Positions 19,437-27,975 of a stretch of 58,677 nt of DNA are shown one piece after another (the stretch's first letter is position 1; the number at the start of each line of letters is the position of its first letter). Origin of the DNA: a virus. Its lineage: Duplodnaviria; Caudoviricetes. The notes under the pieces were generated by a model. The model did no database searches, had not been told where the DNA came from, and saw only the letters and a list, made by a program, of their open reading frames with translations. Position numbers and translations under genes: made by a program. The stretch is from positions 1 through 58,677 of IMG/VR virus record IMGVR_UViG_3300046817_000092. One strand, given 5' to 3'.

Positions 19437-20024
19437 ATGAACCTAAACAGTCTGTGGCAAGGAAGTGATTATGCTTATTACCAGTCCAAAGGTCGTGGTG
19501 AAACTTACCGCCGCGGTGCATTACGTGTTCGTGTCATTAGAACCTTTGGTGAGGTATTGTATGGTAATACGCGAGAAACAGGGTTCGCTGATGTTCTCCT
19601 AATTGATGAGGAAGGTGAGCCTAAAGAGGATGATTATGGTAGGCATATCACCCGTAAGGTTAAAGCGCGTGATATCGCTATGCTTTGGGAACAGTATGAG
19701 GAAGAACATGCTGATCGTGAGGTAGAGCGATTAGAGCGCGAAGCGCGTTATGCAGAAGAAAGACGTGAGCGTGATGAACGCTATGCTAAGTTAAATGCAG
19801 AGCGTATTGAGCGTGAGCGTATTAATGCCGAACGTCGTGCTGCTGAGTTAGCCGAATTTAACCGGCAGAAGGCAATTACCGAACAAAAGATCTATGACCT
19901 TCTGTACTTGGGTGGTATTGACAAGTCGTGCGTAACAAGTATCTCAGACTATTCGATTACATTGGATCGTAGAAAACTTTTAAATGAACAAATGGAGGAA
20001 AAAAGTGAGCCAGTTAATGGATGA
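19437..20024 (+). CDS. hypothetical protein with long E/R coiled coil
   Basis: 195 aa; AAGGTGGTGA RBS. Confidence 0.7.
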   Translation: MNLNSLWQGSDYAYYQSKGRGETYRRGALRVRVIRTFGEVLYGNTRETGFADVLLIDEEGEPKEDDYGRHITRKVKARDIAMLWEQYEEEHADREVERLEREARYAEERRERDERYAKLNAERIERERINAERRAAELAEFNRQKAITEQKIYDLLYLGGIDKSCVTSISDYSITLDRRKLLNEQMEEKSEPVNG

Positions 20025-20361
20025 AAGTTCTAACACAAGAGGATTATCGGGTGATGAAATCACCAAACTGTTAACCACCGAACGAATGAATCAACAGCAT
20101 GATCCTGCTGCTAGATGGCCGGTGCTTGAAGATATGTTACTTCTTGCACAGGCTGTGAATGAGAGGTCACACTTCGTTACATTCACTGGTGGAAAGAGAT
20201 ATGTTATCAGGTATAAGAGTCGGTACAAGGCTGTGTTCATTAGCCCCGATGATCCAAAGTTATTCGTGCCTTGTGGTTACTTCGGTTACGAGAACTTACA
20301 GGGTCTATTGAAAGAGTTAAAGCAGGCCGCCGAGTCGGACGATGATGTTTCGGGAACGTGA
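20017..20361 (+). CDS. hypothetical protein
   Basis: Likely start MDESSNTRGLSGDEITKLL overlapping the previous stop. Confidence 0.6.
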   Translation: MDESSNTRGLSGDEITKLLTTERMNQQHDPAARWPVLEDMLLLAQAVNERSHFVTFTGGKRYVIRYKSRYKAVFISPDDPKLFVPCGYFGYENLQGLLKELKQAAESDDDVSGT

Positions 20362-20512
20362 GAAAAATTGCCCAAACAAAAAGAAACACACTAAGGGGGC
20401 ACCTGAGGGTTATGCAGATTGGTTCGATTGGGCTGAAAAGAAGGAAAAAACTCACAAGCAGACCAGATGCGAAGGATGTGGATTGTATGTTATATGGGTC
20501 AGACGTAAATGA
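20342..20512 (+). CDS. small Zn-binding protein (PEGY..W..WAE...TH.Q.RC.GCGLY.IW), not in ORF track
   Basis: 56-aa ORF filling the gap, ATGA-coupled to 20509. Confidence 0.65.
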   Translation: MMFREREKNCPNKKKHTKGAPEGYADWFDWAEKKEKTHKQTRCEGCGLYVIWVRRK

Positions 20513-20844
20513 GTAGCCTAAATGACGATCTAATCGCACAACTCTTAAAAGAGGAAGCGGCTAATCCCACAACCTCGTCCGGTGGAACTAGAACAAGAGG
20601 CCCAAAGGTTGATCCTACTGCAATAAGAGAGATTAACGTCTGGATGAAGTTAAACCATCATATGTGCTTACCTGATTGTGAACATCGTGGTGACCCACCG
20701 CGGGCCTTAGCGTGTAGTAATCCTAATTGTGTGGATACGCGAGGTCCAGAGGATAGAGGCCGTAATATTGTAGCCCTAGTCAAAGGTCAGTATGTATGTC
20801 GGTATTGTTTCTTAGGTCGCTATTTGAAAGTTGATGGTGAATGA
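20509..20844 (+). CDS. Cys-rich hypothetical protein
   Basis: 111 aa, CLPDC, CSNPNC, CRYC. Confidence 0.65.
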   Translation: MSSLNDDLIAQLLKEEAANPTTSSGGTRTRGPKVDPTAIREINVWMKLNHHMCLPDCEHRGDPPRALACSNPNCVDTRGPEDRGRNIVALVKGQYVCRYCFLGRYLKVDGE

Positions 20845-21357
20845 GTGAGTAGTGATGTTGGATCGGTTAAGGCCGAACAGCCTAAACTGTTTAGTTACTG
20901 CAATTCATTGTATGAGTTTATGGACTCTAATAGCACACCGGGTCTATCTGACACCGATACGCCAAACAATGATATTCAAGTGTGGCGTGGAAGGCTATTA
21001 GAGACTTGTGAGTCTTTAGGTATACCGAAGGGAGGCACAACTAGGGTAGTTGGTGCGTTACGCGCTTTAGGATGCGTCGAACAGATAGCGCGAGGCTTTA
21101 GAGGTACTGCACTTAGCGAGTTTATCCTGCACTACCCTCCGACCGCCGAGGTTTGGGCCGCGTCGTCTGCCCTGAATGTAAAGTCTCGGGCGGAAGGCTT
21201 GACACGCGGGCCGTCACCTGATAGACTGGCGGCAGACGTGAGGGACTTGAAGCAACAGCTAGGAGGTATTAATTTAATAGAGGCGATAGCAGAATTAGAC
21301 CGTAGAATCAGTAAGTTAGAAAGTTTAGTAAAGAACGGAACCGCAGAAGTTTCGTAG
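20845..21357 (+). CDS. putative winged-helix DNA-binding protein with C-terminal coiled coil
   Basis: helix-LGI-helix-LGCVEQ..RG.RG pattern. Confidence 0.55.
   Translation: MSSDVGSVKAEQPKLFSYCNSLYEFMDSNSTPGLSDTDTPNNDIQVWRGRLLETCESLGIPKGGTTRVVGALRALGCVEQIARGFRGTALSEFILHYPPTAEVWAASSALNVKSRAEGLTRGPSPDRLAADVRDLKQQLGGINLIEAIAELDRRISKLESLVKNGTAEVS
21199..21227 (+). promoter_or_regulatory. intragenic promoter driving the 21412 gene
   Basis: TTGACA-17 bp-TAGACT with TGn, inside CDS 20845-21357. Confidence 0.7.
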
Positions 21358-21411
21358 TAGTACGACAAACACAAAGCGCAATAAAGCGCAAATAACAAGG
21401 AGAGATACATT

Positions 21412-21771
21412 ATGTCTGCACTTTCACTCGATGCCATTAATGATCTGCTTAAGGGTGGAAAGACCCGCGGCGATTATGATGGCGTGCTTGATAACTTCCT
21501 TTCCAGTGATGATGCTGGTATCGAGGTTGACCTCACTAGTGGTCCTCTCGCTGGTAAGGATGCAAAGAACGTCGTGACCGGATTCAATAACGCTAAGACT
21601 CGTATGGTTAAGGAGACGGGTCAGCCGAAGCATCCGGGTGGTCATGCTGTTAAGGTTATTAAGCGCACGGTTGGTGAGGGAGACTCTGCTGTTGACCATG
21701 TTTTCCTTATTAATACCGCGAAGGTTGGCGGCGCCGCAACTGAGGCACCGGCAGAAGCACCTGCTGAGTAA
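21412..21771 (+). CDS. early protein, paralog family member 2 (MSALSLDAINDLL...)
   Basis: AAGGAG RBS; TRG.Y..V..NF..S alignment with the 13851 protein. Confidence 0.75.
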   Translation: MSALSLDAINDLLKGGKTRGDYDGVLDNFLSSDDAGIEVDLTSGPLAGKDAKNVVTGFNNAKTRMVKETGQPKHPGGHAVKVIKRTVGEGDSAVDHVFLINTAKVGGAATEAPAEAPAE

Positions 21772-21777
21772 CTAATA

Positions 21778-22127
21778 AGTGTGGGATGGGGTTAGCTTCC
21801 ACAGTAACCCCATCTCATACTGTACCCCAGGTGAGAGTAGTGTTAGCCGCTACGGGCATTACTCAATATACTGGGGTACAGTATGGGAATCTCATAATGA
21901 ACCACTGGTGAAGGTGCGACAGTAGCCAAGAGTAATCAGTGGTTCATTATGGGAAGTGTCGCAAATTGCGCTAGGCACTATCCAGAAGTGGTAGGGGTAA
22001 GCGCACACTACTACCTACCACATAAGAAATTTGGAAGAGTTCTTAGTCGGACTAAGTTAGAGGAAATCAATGCAACGGTACAGATCGTTGGTTGACTAGA
22101 TTCACTTAGTCCGACTAAGGACTTTTC
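21778..22127 (+). ncRNA. tandem array of five long hairpins
   Basis: Stems at 21778-21821, 21813-21888, 21890-21954, 21988-22021, 22034-22127, with G-U pairs on the plus strand. Confidence 0.65.
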
Positions 22128-22150
22128 TTAATAACTAGGAGAGAGGCACC

Positions 22151-22405
22151 ATGAAGATCATAACCACTTCATACGAGGATTTCATCAAGAGTGAGATCAA
22201 GGAACATGGCTTCGATTATGTAGAAGCACAGTTCCTCATGGGTTATGAGCCTGCGTTTACTAATGGTGTCTGGTTATGGGCGGGTGATAAGGCTAATGCA
22301 ATCCCTTTACGCATTAATCTCGGCAATCGTCACAACGCTAGTAATAGTCTATCTAATAGCGGTGGTCGTGTACTGGCTCGCATAACTGGCAAGAGTGGAT
22401 TGTAA
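22151..22405 (+). CDS. hypothetical protein
   Basis: 84 aa, AGGAGAGAGG RBS immediately after the last hairpin. Confidence 0.65.
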   Translation: MKIITTSYEDFIKSEIKEHGFDYVEAQFLMGYEPAFTNGVWLWAGDKANAIPLRINLGNRHNASNSLSNSGGRVLARITGKSGL

Positions 22406-22422
22406 AGTCCTTAAGTTGAGGG

Positions 22423-22451
22423 TTGATTTCTTTACTCCATTGTGCTATACT
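22423..22451 (+). promoter_or_regulatory. promoter followed by a ~250-nt hairpin-rich leader
   Basis: TTGATT-17 bp-TATACT with TGTGn; hairpins TGGTGGGGTTAT/ATAACCCCACCA and 22629-22675 follow. Confidence 0.65.
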
Positions 22452-22706
22452 GGCCGCATGGCAGCGCGCGCCTGGTGGGGTTATATGCGGTTTCGCGGTT
22501 TCCGTAATAACCCCACCATTTTTCTTTACGCTGATAACTGGGTTAGTGCCCCACAACGCGCTAACTCAGTTAGGAGCGTAACGCTCCGAACACCCCAGAA
22601 CCACCCCCAGGGTCACGCAGACCCTAAAAGTGATAAGGGGGCTAGCTACAATAGTGGTCTAGTCCCCTTATTACTGTCTCTGTAAACTAAGCAGGAGGTC
22701 GGCGTC

Positions 22707-23063
22707 ACGTTACGTCGTATTGTCCCCATACTGATAATTGCGGTCATTTGCATTGCCGCAGTTAACACAGCCAAGGCAAGTAGACTAACGCACAAAGATT
22801 TAGACGCTTGGATTTGCATTCATAATGGAGAGGGTGCCTGGAATGCAGCCACTGGTAATGGATATTATGGTGGGTTGCAGATGGACTTAGGATTTCAGCA
22901 AACGTACGGGTCAGAATATCTTGCTAAGTATGGAACGGCAGATAAATGGCCCACTTGGATACAGATTAAAGTAGCACGTAGAGCAAGAGATGGTTATCAT
23001 GGGCATGGAGCAAGAGGTTATCATCCGTGGCCTAATACTGCGAGGTATTGTGGCCTAATCTAA
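22707..23063 (+). CDS. secreted Rpf-like lytic transglycosylase, probable ACG start
   Basis: W.CIH.GEG.WN.ATGNGYYGGLQM, Q..VA, PWP..A..CG motifs; signal peptide ending AKA; frame extends 56 codons upstream of the track ORF. Confidence 0.85.
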   Translation, partial: TLRRIVPILIIAVICIAAVNTAKASRLTHKDLDAWICIHNGEGAWNAATGNGYYGGLQMDLGFQQTYGSEYLAKYGTADKWPTWIQIKVARRARDGYHGHGARGYHPWPNTARYCGLI

Positions 23064-23091
23064 TGAAGGGGTGTGAGGGCGTGTTATTGGA

Positions 23092-23319
23092 ATGACTGAG
23101 AATGGACAACAAAAAATAACAGCTAGAGACGAGATACAAAACTTCTTGTTAACGAACGAAGCTGGTATCATTAGTTCATTCTCTGCGCCAGCACTAATTA
23201 AGGCCGCTGAGTCTCTTTACACAGCTAATGGACTACAGTGTCCTGTCAAGATACTGAACACGAACGGTTCGGTGCTGCTGATTAACAGGGAGGTCTATCT
23301 TGCCTCTCAAGCGCCGTAG
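23092..23319 (+). CDS. early protein, probable paralog family member 3
   Basis: NFLLTNEAGI and VKI...VLLIN segments match the 21412 protein. Confidence 0.6.
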   Translation: MTENGQQKITARDEIQNFLLTNEAGIISSFSAPALIKAAESLYTANGLQCPVKILNTNGSVLLINREVYLASQAP

Positions 23320-23491
23320 ACTTTCGTTCGTTAATGATGATGGTGAGGAAACATACTCAGAAATGTTACTCACTATGTCAGAAGAAGATATTGTTGAGCG
23401 TGAACAACTTAATGCAGCAAACACCACAGGTGCTCGTAGAGCAGCCGTTGTAGCAGAACTTACTAAAAGTAACGGTCACGCAACTAGGTGA
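23300..23491 (+). CDS. hypothetical protein
   Basis: 63 aa filling the gap; GGGAGG RBS. Confidence 0.55.
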   Translation: MPLKRRRLSFVNDDGEETYSEMLLTMSEEDIVEREQLNAANTTGARRAAVVAELTKSNGHATR

Positions 23492-23494
23492 CTG

Positions 23495-23983
23495 ATGAGT
23501 TCTGTTGAATTAGAAGTATGTTCCTCTTGTGGTGAGTTTGTATTAACGCTCAATGAGGAAACGGGCTGGTGTGACCCTTGTAGTGGGGTCACATCAGTCC
23601 TACGTTGTCGTACTTGTAACTTCATCATAGACGAAGGTAAGTACTGCAAACGATGTAAATATCTGTATTGGATGGAAACAAATGCAGACGAGATTGAACG
23701 ATATATGGTGGTCTTTTGTGTTACGGCAACTATCGCCAAACGTCAGGTTCGTGATAATAACCGACCTTTGTGTCATAGCTGCGGTAACCCAATTAAAGGC
23801 GGCACCAAAGGTCGTCACTTCTTTTGTAAGAAAACCGCACACTGTGTGAAAGCACACAATTCATATAACTTTCATCGAAGGATACAAAACCGCTCGCACG
23901 AGGAATCAATCCAACGAGCAGTAGTAGCTTCACAAATACTCAAACTCACGAATGAAGCATTAGGAGGTGAATCGCATGGTTAA
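23495..23983 (+). CDS. multi-Zn-finger protein
   Basis: Five CxxC motifs plus FCKKTAHC. Confidence 0.7.
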   Translation: MSSVELEVCSSCGEFVLTLNEETGWCDPCSGVTSVLRCRTCNFIIDEGKYCKRCKYLYWMETNADEIERYMVVFCVTATIAKRQVRDNNRPLCHSCGNPIKGGTKGRHFFCKKTAHCVKAHNSYNFHRRIQNRSHEESIQRAVVASQILKLTNEALGGESHG

Positions 23984-25826
23984 AAATCTTTCAGAAGATG
24001 AATATAACCGCATGATGGGCATTGTGCCTAAGCCTGCACCAGTTGAACCTGCACCACCTGTGCAGGAATTAGGTACAAACGGGTCCGCGCCCGTTAAGTC
24101 TATTGAGTCTCAGCTTGATGATGAAGACTTAGCTATCATTGCAATGGATGATGATGAACCTGTTGTCGTTGAAGATGACTCTCAGATTTTTGATAGTTAC
24201 ACTAAGAAGTTTGTTAAGCAGGAATGGCAGATTATCGATATCTTCCATCTGTTGCGTTCCTTTGAACGTGGTGGTGCTAGTTCACCTAATGCTGGTACTG
24301 CGAATTGGTCCGAGATGGGCTGCTTTAAAACCAGCACAGGGTTGTGGTATAGTGAGCGTATGATTAATGAGGCTATAACCGCGAACAAGCTCAAGAACGC
24401 AAAAGCGCCTAGTATCCTTATTGTGACTAGTAAGGGTGGTAAGGGTACATACTTTGAGGCTATTCCTGAGATTCTGCCTGAGTGGACTATTATCAATATT
24501 GAAACTCAGCAGCTCTTTGTGCTTATGAATGGGCAGATGTTACCCCTTCCGAAAGATACACACAAGTTCGTTCCCAAAGAGTTTACGATGCCTACTGTCT
24601 GTATTGCTCATTATGACATTTTCAGTCGAAGCAATCATGGAAAGTTTGAGACTGATAATGAGGGCAATCCTATTCAGATTGATGGCAAGTTTATCTTTAA
24701 GGAGCCGTTGCAGTCAGATCATATTGCTAACCGCGAATGGGATATTATGATCTGCGATGAGTTCCACCGCTTAAAGGATCGTAATGCTAGATGGACTGTT
24801 AACATCAAGCGTGTTAAGACCCGTATCGGTCGGCATGGTATGACTGGTACTGGATTTATTAACCGGCCTGATGAGATTTGGTCATTATTGAACTGGCTGG
24901 ACAAATCGCGGTTCGGTTCGTTCAACAAGTTTAAGGAAGTATTCTGCGAGATTGATACAGGCGATGATGGATATGCTCGTGTTATGGGGTGTAAGCCTGA
25001 AATGCAAGATGCGTTCCGTGCTCTTGTTAGAGACATTGGAGTGCGTCGTACACTTGATGGAGTTATGCCTCATATCAAGCGGCCTGTGTTCGTACCGATC
25101 GACGTTGACCTTAATAAGGAACAGCGTCGTATGTACGATGCAATCCGTATGGACTTGAAAGCATTAGATCAGGCTGGTACTCCACTGTATGCAGCTAATG
25201 TCTTGACGTTACTTCAACGGTTGAGGCAAATCTGCGTAGCAACACCGGAGGTAGTTGAGGACTATTATGATCCGGTGTTAGAACGCCGATTCCAGAAGGT
25301 ACGGTTAGTTGAGCCGTCAAGTAAGCTGGATGAGGTTATGAGGGTGCTTGAAGGCTTACAGTGGGATGATGAAAAGAAGGAGCCACTGGTTATCTTTAGT
25401 AACTTCAAGGACCCGCTTGAATTGCTCAAAGCCCGTCTTAATAAACACAATACATTCATCACGGAAAATGGTTTCCATGATGATATGCTCTACAAGTATA
25501 TTCACCTAGATGTGAAGGACAGTGATGTTGAACGCTACCGTAAGTGGCACGACGAGTTTCCAAAACTTGAACACAGAGTATTCATGTCCACTCTACAGTT
25601 GGGTGGGGAGTCTATTAATCTCACACCCGCAAGGCACGTCATATTCCTCGACCGTTCGTGGTCCCCTAAAGACAATGCACAGGGTATCGGACGTATCAGA
25701 CGACCAGGACAAGAAGGTCAGCCCGTAGTTATTCATATCAACGCTAATAATACCACTGACCAGTATATCGAACAGGTCAATGATATTAAGCAGGGTTGGT
25801 ACAATCAGATCTTCGGTGATGAATAG
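23976..25826 (+). CDS. SNF2-family helicase/ATPase
   Basis: EMGCFKT motif I, DEFH, TGT, LRQ, GGESINL, QGIGRIRRPGQ; start behind AGGAGGTGA. Confidence 0.9.
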   Translation: MVKNLSEDEYNRMMGIVPKPAPVEPAPPVQELGTNGSAPVKSIESQLDDEDLAIIAMDDDEPVVVEDDSQIFDSYTKKFVKQEWQIIDIFHLLRSFERGGASSPNAGTANWSEMGCFKTSTGLWYSERMINEAITANKLKNAKAPSILIVTSKGGKGTYFEAIPEILPEWTIINIETQQLFVLMNGQMLPLPKDTHKFVPKEFTMPTVCIAHYDIFSRSNHGKFETDNEGNPIQIDGKFIFKEPLQSDHIANREWDIMICDEFHRLKDRNARWTVNIKRVKTRIGRHGMTGTGFINRPDEIWSLLNWLDKSRFGSFNKFKEVFCEIDTGDDGYARVMGCKPEMQDAFRALVRDIGVRRTLDGVMPHIKRPVFVPIDVDLNKEQRRMYDAIRMDLKALDQAGTPLYAANVLTLLQRLRQICVATPEVVEDYYDPVLERRFQKVRLVEPSSKLDEVMRVLEGLQWDDEKKEPLVIFSNFKDPLELLKARLNKHNTFITENGFHDDMLYKYIHLDVKDSDVERYRKWHDEFPKLEHRVFMSTLQLGGESINLTPARHVIFLDRSWSPKDNAQGIGRIRRPGQEGQPVVIHINANNTTDQYIEQVNDIKQGWYNQIFGDE

Positions 25827-25832
25827 ACCATC

Positions 25833-26171
25833 ATGCCATTAACGTTTGAGGACAGAGAACTTATTAAGCAAGTTCGTTCGCTTAGAAAGAAACAAGCCCT
25901 TAACGTGGGTGATGGTCGTGATGGCACTAGACCCAAGCCTGGACCTAAACCCACAATAGTTACATATGAACAATATCAAGCTAAACAAGCAATTAAAGGA
26001 ACACGCAAAACAGCTTCCAATAGAGACAGAATATCAATGCAAGGATATTCATGGGTAACTTGGAAGATATTAAAGTGTGATACTTGCTTGAAAGAAGCGA
26101 GTAAGCACGCTAATCTCCGGTTCAGACATAACCTGGACTGTCCACTTAGGCCCACAAGTGATACAAATTGA
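25833..26171 (+). CDS. basic hypothetical protein
   Basis: 112 aa, CDTC...H...C. Confidence 0.6.
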   Translation: MPLTFEDRELIKQVRSLRKKQALNVGDGRDGTRPKPGPKPTIVTYEQYQAKQAIKGTRKTASNRDRISMQGYSWVTWKILKCDTCLKEASKHANLRFRHNLDCPLRPTSDTN

Positions 26172-26174
26172 CCC

Positions 26175-26203
26175 TTGACTTTTCGGGCCGAGTGTGCTAT
26201 AAT
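26175..26203 (+). promoter_or_regulatory. strong promoter for the recombination/replication genes
   Basis: TTGACT-17 bp-TATAAT with TGTGn. Confidence 0.85.
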
Positions 26204-26263
26204 GCAGCATACCGCAAGTTCACAAATCACGCAACGCAACTAACCGCGAAAGAGAGATAAACC

Positions 26264-27622
26264 GTGAGCAGCATTAAGCTCGATTTCTCGCATATGGCGA
26301 CAAAGGCGCCACCCACGCCTAGTAAGTGGGATATCATCCCCATTCATAACTCTGATCGTGGTACGTTTAAAGAGTGTAGGCGTAAGTGGGCATGGTCTAG
26401 TCCGTCACAACGCAACCTCATTCCAATGGCTAGTGTCAGTGGAGTAGTTGAACCGCTTTGGTTCGGTACTGGTATTCACTATGCGTTGGAGAGGTACTAC
26501 AACCCGGTCATTAAAGAGGACCCGGTTATTGCGTTCGAGACGTGGTTTAACTTACAGTGGCGCGGTGGTGTCATTGACGCCTCGGAAGTTAAACAGTATG
26601 CAGACCGTGACCCACAACCCATTCCAAAAGAAGTAACCGATGATAGTCCCAAAGCATTGGCTTACAAGGTCGATGGTCTTAAGGACATTCTTCCTGATGG
26701 TATCTATGACGAGGATAAGTTCCTTGGTTATCTCGACTTAGGTAAGGGCATGATGGAGTTTTACAAGGGTTACAGTGAAGCTCACGATAACTTCACTGTG
26801 ATCCTTGTTGAGCATGACTTCTCTGTTCCTGTTCTCGACAAAGATGGCGCTCCGATGTATGCCATTGATAAGCGAGTTATGCCAGAAGGTTGGGAACCTG
26901 ACTTTGATAAGGGTAATGAGTTTGGTCCGTTGATTCGGCGTAAGAATGTTGATGATTCAAACGCCTATTATCTTGAAAAGCAGGTTCACACCCGCGGTCG
27001 GCAGGATATGATTAAGCAGGACAACGAGTTTGGTAACTACGGCATCCTTGACTACAAAACCGCAGCTAAGGTTGACGACGATTACTTCCGTCACTTAGAC
27101 TTGGATGAACAATGCACGTCTTATCTGGCATTCGGTGAACTAGAAGCCAGACTGTATGATCTTGAGTTTAAAGACTTAGATCATATCACGTATCAGGCCA
27201 TGTTAAAGGGTTATCCCAAGCCACCGAGTATTCTTAAGAGTGGACTTCCGAGTCTTAACCGCACGGAAGAGACTACAACCGCAGAAATGTTTGAGAAGCA
27301 TATTATTGACAATGGACTTAAGCCCATCTTTGACTTAGACCCAAAGATGCAGAGTTACTACACCTATCTGTTAGAGTTGGGTGATAAGCGTTATGTCCGT
27401 CGAACCGACACACATCGTAACCCTGCACAGCGTAAGAATGCAATGACTCGGTTGTACTATGAGGCGCAGGATATGTTGAACGATCCGGTTCCGTATCCTA
27501 ATCCGACTAAGAACTATGGTTGTCTTAACTGTGTGTTTAGGGGACCTTGCATCGCTGCTGAATCTGGCGATGATTACGCTGCTATGTTGGAAGATGGATT
27601 TATGCCGAATTGGGACCGATGA
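26264..27622 (+). CDS. PD-(D/E)xK exonuclease (Cas4/RecB-like, Fe-S)
   Basis: S....FK.C.R.W, GT.IH.ALE, GR.D, ILDYKT, Q...Y, C-terminal C..C.....C. Confidence 0.88.
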   Translation: MSSIKLDFSHMATKAPPTPSKWDIIPIHNSDRGTFKECRRKWAWSSPSQRNLIPMASVSGVVEPLWFGTGIHYALERYYNPVIKEDPVIAFETWFNLQWRGGVIDASEVKQYADRDPQPIPKEVTDDSPKALAYKVDGLKDILPDGIYDEDKFLGYLDLGKGMMEFYKGYSEAHDNFTVILVEHDFSVPVLDKDGAPMYAIDKRVMPEGWEPDFDKGNEFGPLIRRKNVDDSNAYYLEKQVHTRGRQDMIKQDNEFGNYGILDYKTAAKVDDDYFRHLDLDEQCTSYLAFGELEARLYDLEFKDLDHITYQAMLKGYPKPPSILKSGLPSLNRTEETTTAEMFEKHIIDNGLKPIFDLDPKMQSYYTYLLELGDKRYVRRTDTHRNPAQRKNAMTRLYYEAQDMLNDPVPYPNPTKNYGCLNCVFRGPCIAAESGDDYAAMLEDGFMPNWDR

Positions 27623-27975
27623 ACGGTCTTGACTTTGATACCATCAATGAACTACTAAAAGGTGAGACTAAATCTGAGTCTGGAATGACAACAGGCACAG
27701 AAGGTCAGCCTATTAGTAAAGCTCTCAGTCAGCGTCTAAAGGAGTTATATCCAACAAGACCTCAGATTGGACCACTACGTTACACAGACACAGAGAATAG
27801 ATGTATGAGCAGGAATTGTAGAGCACCAACTCATTACAAACTATTCGGTGTACCTAAGTGTGACATTCATTGTCTTAGAGAAATGAATCTCTTACTCGTT
27901 GACACAGAAGAACTCAAGTCTCAACACGAATCTCAATCCGAACAAGTCGAACCGGAGGTTCCAGGTCTATTATGA
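27619..27975 (+). CDS. hypothetical protein with Cys/His motif
   Basis: ATGA-coupled start MNGLDFDTINELLKG; CMSRNC...CDIHC. Confidence 0.65.
   Translation: MNGLDFDTINELLKGETKSESGMTTGTEGQPISKALSQRLKELYPTRPQIGPLRYTDTENRCMSRNCRAPTHYKLFGVPKCDIHCLREMNLLLVDTEELKSQHESQSEQVEPEVPGLL

Noticed and set aside
21778-22127. CRISPR mini-array
   Set aside because: No identical 25-40 bp direct repeats with regular spacers; only 7-nt boundary motifs recur. The Cas4-like gene sits in a normal recombination module.
22452-22692. c-di-AMP (ydaO) riboswitch upstream of the Rpf gene
   Set aside because: Expected in that context, but apart from a GCTAAC stretch the conserved GAAUC, GGAAC.GGGG and CCCGAACCCGUCAG blocks are not present.
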